Origin: an uncultured Erysipelotrichaceae bacterium
GTDB lineage: Bacteria > Bacillota_I > Bacilli_A > Erysipelotrichales > Erysipelotrichaceae
DNA length: 22,428 bases
NCBI GenBank assembly: GCA_964436975.1
Contig: CAYTET010000008.1
Coordinates: 1 to 22,428 of the forward strand
Reading direction: 5' to 3'
This document shows positions 15,333 to 21,575 of the stretch, piece by piece (the stretch's first letter is position 1; each line of letters opens with the position of its first letter). The translations under genes were made by a program, and so were the position numbers. Under the pieces are notes generated by a model. That model did no database searches, had not been told where the DNA came from, and saw only the letters and a list, made by a program, of their open reading frames with translations.

Positions 15333-16898
15333 ATGGAAAAAGAAATGAATCATGGCGGTGCGGCCCTGGCCAAAGCCGTCCGTAAAGCTTATGAGCAGAA
15401 TCAGACGGATTACTCACTGGCCCCGCTGTGTCTGGTTGATGAAAACGACCAGCCGGTGGGCAAAATAAAAGACGGCGATGCGGTTATCTTCTGCTGCCGG
15501 CGGGGCGAAAGGGAAGTTGAACTGACCGAAGCCTTCACCCAGCCTGATTTTGACAAGTTTGACCGGCCGTATCTGAGTCAGCTGCAGTTCGGCATTCTGA
15601 CGATGTATCATGAAAAATTCAAGAATCTGCCGATTGCCTTTGCCCCGGAGAAGGTGGTCATGCCGCTGGCCCAGGTCATAGCCCAGGCCGGCCTGACCCA
15701 GTTTCACTGCTCGGAATCCGAAAAGTTTGCCCATGTAACCTTCTTCTTCAACGGCGGCTATAACCAGCCCTTTGAAAAAGAGACGGATACCTGTGTGCCT
15801 TCACCCAAGGGCGTGCCGTTTGACACCGTGCCGGAATTAAGCCTGCCGGCCGTCGCCGCCAAGGTGGAAGAAGCCGTTGATACCGGCTATGATTTCATTC
15901 TGACTAACTTTGCCAACGGCGATGTTATCGGCCATACTTCCAACAGCGATGCCAAACTGCTGGCCGCCGCGGCCATCAGCAAGTATGTTGATAAAGTCGC
16001 CCATTATGCGCAGGATCACGGCTATTTGGTTGCCATCACGGCTGACCACGGCAACATTGAAACCCTGCGGACAGAAGCCGGCAAGCCGCATGTGGCCCAT
16101 ACCTGCAATCTGGTGCCCTTTATCGTGCTGGATCCGCAGCACCGGGAGATCAAGCTGCGGGACGGCTCCCTGAAGGATGTTGCCCCGACAGTGCTGTCGG
16201 TGCTGGGTCTGGATGCCCCGGCGGAAATGAGCGGACAGTCCCTGATTGAAACGGCTGATATCCATAACAAGAAAATGATACTGATTATTCTGGATGGCTG
16301 GGGTCTGGGCAGCCAGGATGACAATGACGCCATCTATCTGGCGGATACACCGGGCTGGGACAAACTGATGGCGGATTATCCGCATTCCAGCTTAGCCGCC
16401 AGCGGCCTGTATGTCGGCCTGCAGGACGGCAAGCCGGGCAACTCCGAAGCCGGCCACTGCAATATGGGCGCCGGCCGGGTCGTCGAGCAGGATGATGTCC
16501 GCATGGACAATGCCATCAAAGACGGCTCTTTCAAGACCAATCCGGTTTTCCTGAAGCTGATCGACCATGCCAAACAGTGCGGCAGCCTGCATCTGATTGC
16601 GCTGCTGACCGAAAAGTCCAGCCACGGCTGCATCGCTTATCCGCTGATGCTGGCGGAAATGGCTAAAGAAGTTCCCCATGTCTATTTCCACATCATCTTT
16701 GACGGCCGCAGCACCGAACCGGGCAGTGCCCCGGCGCTGCTGGAAAAGCTGGATGGCCAACTGGCCCAGATTGGAACCGGCCTGGTGGTTGACGGCATCG
16801 GCCGCGGCATTATTCTGGACCGCGACGGCAACTATGCCCGCATTGAAACGGGCTACCGGGAACTGACCGAAGGTAAGGGGATCCCTTATCATTTATAG
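15333..16898 (+). CDS. Circularly permuted homologue of 2,3-bisphosphoglycerate-independent phosphoglycerate mutase (alkaline-phosphatase superfamily phosphomutase; substrate unknown)
   Basis: 521 aa. Residues 1-305 align with the C-terminal ~290 aa of canonical iPGM through the blocks DGDAVIFCCRRGER, ESEKFAHVTFFFNGG, NFANGDVIGHT, ITADHGN, KPHVAHTCNLVPF and LKDVAPTVLSVLGL. Residues 313-521 align with the canonical N-terminal ~225 aa through KKMILIILDGWG, GNSEAGHCNMGAGR, SLHLIALL, FDGRS and GRGIILDRD. RBS AGGAGG. Confidence 0.85.
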   Translation: MEKEMNHGGAALAKAVRKAYEQNQTDYSLAPLCLVDENDQPVGKIKDGDAVIFCCRRGEREVELTEAFTQPDFDKFDRPYLSQLQFGILTMYHEKFKNLPIAFAPEKVVMPLAQVIAQAGLTQFHCSESEKFAHVTFFFNGGYNQPFEKETDTCVPSPKGVPFDTVPELSLPAVAAKVEEAVDTGYDFILTNFANGDVIGHTSNSDAKLLAAAAISKYVDKVAHYAQDHGYLVAITADHGNIETLRTEAGKPHVAHTCNLVPFIVLDPQHREIKLRDGSLKDVAPTVLSVLGLDAPAEMSGQSLIETADIHNKKMILIILDGWGLGSQDDNDAIYLADTPGWDKLMADYPHSSLAASGLYVGLQDGKPGNSEAGHCNMGAGRVVEQDDVRMDNAIKDGSFKTNPVFLKLIDHAKQCGSLHLIALLTEKSSHGCIAYPLMLAEMAKEVPHVYFHIIFDGRSTEPGSAPALLEKLDGQLAQIGTGLVVDGIGRGIILDRDGNYARIETGYRELTEGKGIPYHL

Positions 16899-16922
16899 AA
16901 GTGAGCAAAGGAGAATATAATC

Positions 16923-17645
16923 ATGAATAGTGCAGTAGATTTATCCAGTCTGACCCTGACGCCCTGGGAGATTATCATCCGGCTGGCGGGGGCCATGGTA
17001 ATAGGGGCCATCATCGGCACCGAGCGGGAATACACCCACCGGCCGGCCGGCATGCGGACCCATATGCTGGTGGCGCTGGGATCATGCGCCGTAATGGTGA
17101 CCAGCCAGCTGATGTTTGTGCAGTATCACGCTTTCGGGGCTTCCCCGGATCCGGCCCGGCTGCCGGCGCAGGTTATCGCCGGGGTTGGCTTTTTAGGCGC
17201 CGGCACGATTTTAAGGGACGGCACCTCCATCAAGGGTCTGACCACGGCGGCCAGTGTCTGGGCGGTGGCCTGTCTGGGCATTGCCATCGGCGCCGGCTAT
17301 TATATTCTGGCGGTGGCCGGTACGGCCTGCATGCTGATAACGCTGACTTTCTTTGAGTGGCTGCAGAAAAAGCTGATCCACAGCCGCTATGAGACCTATC
17401 TGTTTCTGGTGCAGTCAACCAATGTCGTGGTGACCTTAGCCCAGATCAACAAGCTGGCCATCGAAGTCGAAGCTTCCGTCAGCAGCATCCAGGTCAATGA
17501 AATAAACGATAACGGCAACTACAGCATCAACTTCCGGACTAATTTTTCCGGCCGGCATGCCTCCACGCGGATGCAGCAGTTCTTAATGGATCTGACCAGT
17601 GATGAATGCACGGTCTCCATTAAATCGGAGCAGATCAGACTGTAG
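16923..17645 (+). CDS. MgtC/SapB-family membrane protein
   Basis: The N-terminal block IIRLAGAMVIGAIIGTEREYTHRPAGMRTHMLVALGS is the family signature. It has 4-5 TM helices followed by a soluble C-terminal domain. RBS AAAGGAGAA. Confidence 0.85.
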   Translation: MNSAVDLSSLTLTPWEIIIRLAGAMVIGAIIGTEREYTHRPAGMRTHMLVALGSCAVMVTSQLMFVQYHAFGASPDPARLPAQVIAGVGFLGAGTILRDGTSIKGLTTAASVWAVACLGIAIGAGYYILAVAGTACMLITLTFFEWLQKKLIHSRYETYLFLVQSTNVVVTLAQINKLAIEVEASVSSIQVNEINDNGNYSINFRTNFSGRHASTRMQQFLMDLTSDECTVSIKSEQIRL

Positions 17646-17665
17646 CCTGTTTATCCGATAATTCA

Positions 17666-17715
17666 GGCAAAGATAACGGCTCTGGGCCAGCCGGCTGTCT
17701 TTGCCTTGTTTTATA
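17666..17715 (+). terminator. Possible leaky terminator or processing hairpin between the MgtC-family and kinase genes
   Basis: GGCAAAGA (17666-17673) pairs with TCTTTGCC (17698-17705) around a structured GC-rich loop that contains the palindrome CAGCCGGCTG. TTGTTTTAT follows. The loop is large, so strength is uncertain. Confidence 0.35.
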
Positions 17716-17737
17716 ACAAGAAAAGGAGATTTCCATT

Positions 17738-18622
17738 ATGAAGCAGCAATATGATTTAATGCTTGTCGGACCGGCTTCCCGGGACGAAAATATCGACTAT
17801 ACCGGGGCTGTCGACAAGTCCATCGGCGGGGCCGTGACGTTCTGCTCGGCTTCAGCCCAGGCGGCCAGCGGCAGTGTTTTTGCGGCAGTTGTCGCCGCCC
17901 CCAATGAGCCGGATGTCATGGATTCCATTATTCTGGATGATGATGACAAGATGCTGATTCCGTCTTCGGTAACCACCTCGATCCGCAACCAGTACTTCAC
18001 GGCGGACCGGGAAAGACGCGAGTCCAAGTGCATTGCCCAGTCTGATCCGGTCACCCCGGATAAGATTCCGGCCGGCCATTTCAAGATGTATCATTTAGCC
18101 GGACTTTTATACGGCGATTTCCCCAACGAGCTTATTGTTGATCTGGCATCCAAGGGCCAGCTGGCCGGGGATGCCCAGGGCTTTTTAAGACACAATGAAA
18201 ACGGGGCGATGGTTTTCCATGACTGGGCCGACAAAAAGGAAATGCTGAAGCACTTTGCCTTTCTGAAAACAGACGCTTTGGAAGCCCTGACTCTGACCGG
18301 CTTTGAAGACCGGGCCAAGGCAGCTGAACAGCTGTACCAGTGGGGGGCTAAAGAAGTTATGGTTTCCCATAACAGCGAGATAATGGTCTATGATGGCAAC
18401 AAGGTCTATACCTGCCCGATCAAAGCCCGCAACCTGTCCGGCCGGACCGGCCGGGGTGACACGACGACCGGGGCTTATCTGGCCCGCCGGCTGGACGGTG
18501 ATGACGTTGAAACAGCGCTGCTGTATGCGACCGCCTGTGTTTCTTTGAAGATGGAAAAAGTCGGCGTGTTCAGCCACAGCCGGCAGGATGTCTACGATTA
18601 TATTGCCCAGTTTTACCGCTGA
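17738..18622 (+). CDS. PfkB-family carbohydrate kinase (divergent)
   Basis: 294 aa. It has an N-terminal LMLVGPASRDENIDY...SIGGAV beta-strand/GG motif and a C-terminal PfkB signature-2-like GRTGRGDTTTGAYLA (the GxGD anion hole). RBS AAAGGAGA. Confidence 0.8.
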   Translation: MKQQYDLMLVGPASRDENIDYTGAVDKSIGGAVTFCSASAQAASGSVFAAVVAAPNEPDVMDSIILDDDDKMLIPSSVTTSIRNQYFTADRERRESKCIAQSDPVTPDKIPAGHFKMYHLAGLLYGDFPNELIVDLASKGQLAGDAQGFLRHNENGAMVFHDWADKKEMLKHFAFLKTDALEALTLTGFEDRAKAAEQLYQWGAKEVMVSHNSEIMVYDGNKVYTCPIKARNLSGRTGRGDTTTGAYLARRLDGDDVETALLYATACVSLKMEKVGVFSHSRQDVYDYIAQFYR

Positions 18623-18627
18623 GACTA

Positions 18628-18657
18628 AAAAGGCCGTTGCTGAAACGGCTTTTTTTA
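18628..18657 (+). terminator. Rho-independent terminator ending the HAD/mutase/kinase operon
   Basis: AAAAGGCCGTT, loop GCTGA, then AACGGCTTTTTTTAT. The stem is extendable through A-T pairs and is followed by a run of seven T. It lies 6 nt after the kinase stop. Confidence 0.7.
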
Positions 18658-18774
18658 TGATTGGTCGGCCGGATCGGTTATAGCCCCAAATCCGTTAACC
18701 GGCGCTGCGCTGTCGTCTTTAACCATTTTGTTAAGATCCGCAGTTGTAAACCTGTGATGCAGGCGTGGGCCGTA

Positions 18775-18783
18775 TGCTATAAT
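18775..18783 (+). promoter_or_regulatory. Candidate extended -10 promoter element (TGCTATAAT)
   Basis: A consensus TATAAT at 18778-18783 is preceded by TGn, about 25 nt upstream of the ADP-ribosylglycohydrolase-family start. No convincing -35 element lies at a 17-bp spacing. Confidence 0.3.
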
Positions 18784-18808
18784 GAGAGACAAACAGGAGG
18801 AATAAATA

Positions 18809-20196
18809 ATGAAGGCGTGGGAATTGGAACGTCAGAATATGGACCACAGTGTACCGGTTCATATGGCCGACAACAACGAAGAAATATGGGAAGAGCAGAG
18901 CAATGGGCCGGAGCAGGCTCAGGATGCCACCATTAAGAATTACTGGGCCAGCAAGGTCCCGGGCTCACGGGCTTCCGAATCGATTATCATCGCCGCTGTC
19001 CAGGCCATGGAAAACCGCGGCTATTCTGTTAAAAACAGCGAAGACATGTGGCTGGCCGGACTGAGTGCGGTGGCCGGCGAAGACGTTGTCAGCATGCACA
19101 AAAACTACTATAAGATCATGCAGGCCTGCCTGCAGGCGGAAAAGGATGAAAGTTCGCCGTACTGGCAGCAGCATTTCTATGATACTTTTGAAGAATACGA
19201 AAAGGCCGTCAAATTTCCCCAGGCCCGCCCGGTTGACATGGGCAATATGCTGGTTGACAAGATCGAAGCCGGCTGGCTGGGCCAGATTATCGGCGGAGCC
19301 TACGGCACCTGTCTGGAAGGGTATACCACCGACAACATCATGAAAGCCTATCCGCATCTGGATATCTACCAGCGCAAGCCGAATACCTATAACGATGACA
19401 TTACTTATGAACTGGCCCTGCTGCTGGCTTATGAGGAGAACGGCAAAGCAACGACATCACGCGACATTGCCGACGAATGGGTCAGCCGGATTGCCTTTGG
19501 CTGGTCAGCCGAGGATATGGCGCTGCGCAATCTGCGCTGCGGTATGATGCCGCCGGAGTCCGGCCGTTTCAACAACCCTTATTATGAGTGGATCGGGGCC
19601 CAGATGCGCGGGGCGGTTTTGGGCCAGCTTTATCCGGGTGATCCGTACAATGCGGCCAAAGCGGCCTGGCAGGACGGCATTATCTCCCATGCCCGCAACG
19701 GTGTCTTGGGCGAAGTGTTCAATGCCATCATGGTGGCCATGGCTTTCTACCAGAATGATCTAGACAGCTGGTCAAGGATGCAGTGGCCCTGATGCCGGCC
19801 GACAGCGAATACGGCCAGGTCGTCCGGTTTGCTTTGGAGCAGTGTGAAAACAGCGCCGACTGGCTGACCGCCTGGCGGCCCTGCGAAAAGAAGTACGAGC
19901 GCTATAACTGGGTGCATGCCTATCCCAATGCCTGCGCCGAAGTGGTGGCCTTATGGTTCTGCCAGGATGATTTCACCAAACTGCTGGTTATTTCCGGCGG
20001 CTGCGGCCAGGACGTTGACTGCAATGCGGCTCAGATTGCTACCGTATGGGCAACCCGCAAGGGCAAACAGGCTATCCCGGCCTACTGGACCGAGCCTATC
20101 GGCGACCATCTGGATACCTATGTCCGCGGCTTAAAGCAGCTGAGCATCCGCCAGCTGGCCGTCCGGACGGCGGCTGTGGCAAACCACCTGAAATAA
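18809..20196 (+). pseudogene. ADP-ribosylglycohydrolase-family gene interrupted by a frameshift near 19760
   Basis: ORF 18809-19792 carries the N-terminal family block (WLGQIIGGAYGTCLEG). ORF 19783-20196, in a different frame, carries the C-terminal block (GGCGQDVDCNAAQIATVWA). The downstream frame is open from 19759 and reads RQLVKDAVALMPADSEY, continuing naturally from ...AFYQND in the upstream frame. Confidence 0.65.
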
Positions 20197-20238
20197 AAGG
20201 GTGAAAGCGAATACAAAAAATAGACCCATTTACTTGAA

Positions 20239-20267
20239 TTGACAGGGTCGGTATTGTATTATTATTT
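20239..20267 (+). promoter_or_regulatory. Candidate sigma-70-type promoter for the BMP transporter operon
   Basis: A consensus -35 TTGACA at 20239-20244 is followed by an AT-rich stretch (TATTGTATTATTATTT) offering several -10-like hexamers at 15-17 bp spacing. The exact -10 is ambiguous. Confidence 0.3.
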
Positions 20268-20294
20268 AAGCAAACTACTCAAGAGGGAGGAAAC

Positions 20295-21452
20295 ATGAAA
20301 AAACTTTTGAAGATTGCTCTTTGCGCACTGCTGGTGTTCGGCATGGCCGCTTGCGGCACCACCGGCGGTGACACAAAAGATGATCGTATCCGTCTGGTAT
20401 ACATCATCAACGGAACCTTAGGTGATAAGTCATTCTTTGATTCCGGAAAAGAAGGTCTGGATCTTATTGATGCCAAGTATGGCGATAAGGTCTATACCGA
20501 GTATCGTGAGCTGACCTATGACGATTCGACATGGGAACAGAAGGCTCAGGATATTGTGGCTGAAGGCTGGGATATCGTTATCGCCGGCACTTATGACATG
20601 CTGGGCTATTTTGAAGGCAGCAATGGCAATGAGGGCTTAGCTACCAAGTATCCCGATACCAAGTTCTGGTTCTTTGATGAATCTTGGGATTTCACGGCTT
20701 ATCCTAATACCAACGTTTATGGCATGCTGTTCAGCCAGAACGAAGGTTCCTTCGCTGTCGGTGTCATCGCTGCGATGACCACCAAGACCAACAAGGTTGC
20801 CTTTGAAGGCGGTATGGATAACACGGTTCTGGATGACTTCTTCGTTGGCTTCTATGAGGGCGTCAAGTATGAAGCTGCTCAGTTAGGCAAAGAAATCACG
20901 GTCACTCTGGACTGGATGAATTCATTCTCTGATTCCACAGTCGGCAAGGACAAAGCCGGTGCTCTGTACAACCAGGGCTACGATGTTGTCTTCGCCTGCG
21001 GCGGCTCAGCCGGTTTAGGCGTTTTCGATGCTGCTGTTGAATACAATACGGCTAATCCGAATAACCCGGTTTATGTCATCGGTGTTGATGGCGACCAGGG
21101 TGCTTATTTCGGTTCATTATCTGATGATCTCAGCAAGTCCAAAGCCAGCTGCACTGTTACTTCCATGCAGAAGAACGTTAACCAGGGCTTCCTGTATGCC
21201 ATGGGCAAACATCTGGATAACACCCTGCCTTACGGCCAGGTTGAACATCTGGGCTTGAACGGCGGCTTCGTTTCCGCTTCCGTCAATGATTACACCAAAG
21301 CTATTCTGAGCAATGACCAGATCACATCCGTTAACGCTATTGTTGATCAGATCGTTGCTGGTACCCTGACTGTTGATTCCATGTTTGGCGATAAGGCCTT
21401 AACACAGGATCAGTTCAAACAGTTTGGCGCAGGCACTTGGGTTCAGAAGTAG
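20295..21452 (+). CDS. BMP/PnrA-family ABC transporter substrate-binding lipoprotein (nucleoside-type)
   Basis: The signal peptide has a lipobox (VFGMAAC). DKSFFDSGKEGL, GYDVVFACGGSAGLGVFDAA and VIGVDGDQ are typical of the basic membrane protein family. RBS GGGAGG. Confidence 0.85.
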   Translation: MKKLLKIALCALLVFGMAACGTTGGDTKDDRIRLVYIINGTLGDKSFFDSGKEGLDLIDAKYGDKVYTEYRELTYDDSTWEQKAQDIVAEGWDIVIAGTYDMLGYFEGSNGNEGLATKYPDTKFWFFDESWDFTAYPNTNVYGMLFSQNEGSFAVGVIAAMTTKTNKVAFEGGMDNTVLDDFFVGFYEGVKYEAAQLGKEITVTLDWMNSFSDSTVGKDKAGALYNQGYDVVFACGGSAGLGVFDAAVEYNTANPNNPVYVIGVDGDQGAYFGSLSDDLSKSKASCTVTSMQKNVNQGFLYAMGKHLDNTLPYGQVEHLGLNGGFVSASVNDYTKAILSNDQITSVNAIVDQIVAGTLTVDSMFGDKALTQDQFKQFGAGTWVQK

Positions 21453-21493
21453 AAATAATCAATATATCGGCATTATTCAATAGCTGATAAACG

Positions 21494-21535
21494 ATACCCG
21501 GCAACCTCTGACTTTACTCAGAGGTTGCTTGGTAT
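21494..21535 (+). terminator. Strong intra-operon hairpin between the binding-protein and ATPase genes
   Basis: GCAACCTCTGA (21501-21511), 6-nt loop, then TCAGAGGTTGC (21518-21528). ATACC/GGTAT flanks extend the stem, and a T-rich sequence follows. This is the usual position for a partial terminator or mRNA stabiliser after an SBP gene. Confidence 0.5.
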
Positions 21536-21575
21536 TTACTCACACGGCACACGCCTGGAAAGGGAGACAGGGCCA

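Noticed and set aside
16275-16277. Internal ATG (Met315) at the permutation junction, which could mean two separate genes encoding the two iPGM halves
   Set aside because: The reading frame is continuous with no stop codon, and no Shine-Dalgarno sequence precedes the ATG (GATATCCATAACAAGAAA). A single fused polypeptide is therefore the simplest reading, though internal initiation cannot be strictly excluded.
18661-18936. 91-aa ORF spanning the kinase terminator/promoter region into the ARH-family gene
   Set aside because: It is listed from 18661, where the bases are TTG, so it would need a non-ATG start. It has no RBS, overlaps the better-supported ARH-family start (AGGAGG, then ATG at 18809) out of frame, and has an Arg/Gly-rich composition.
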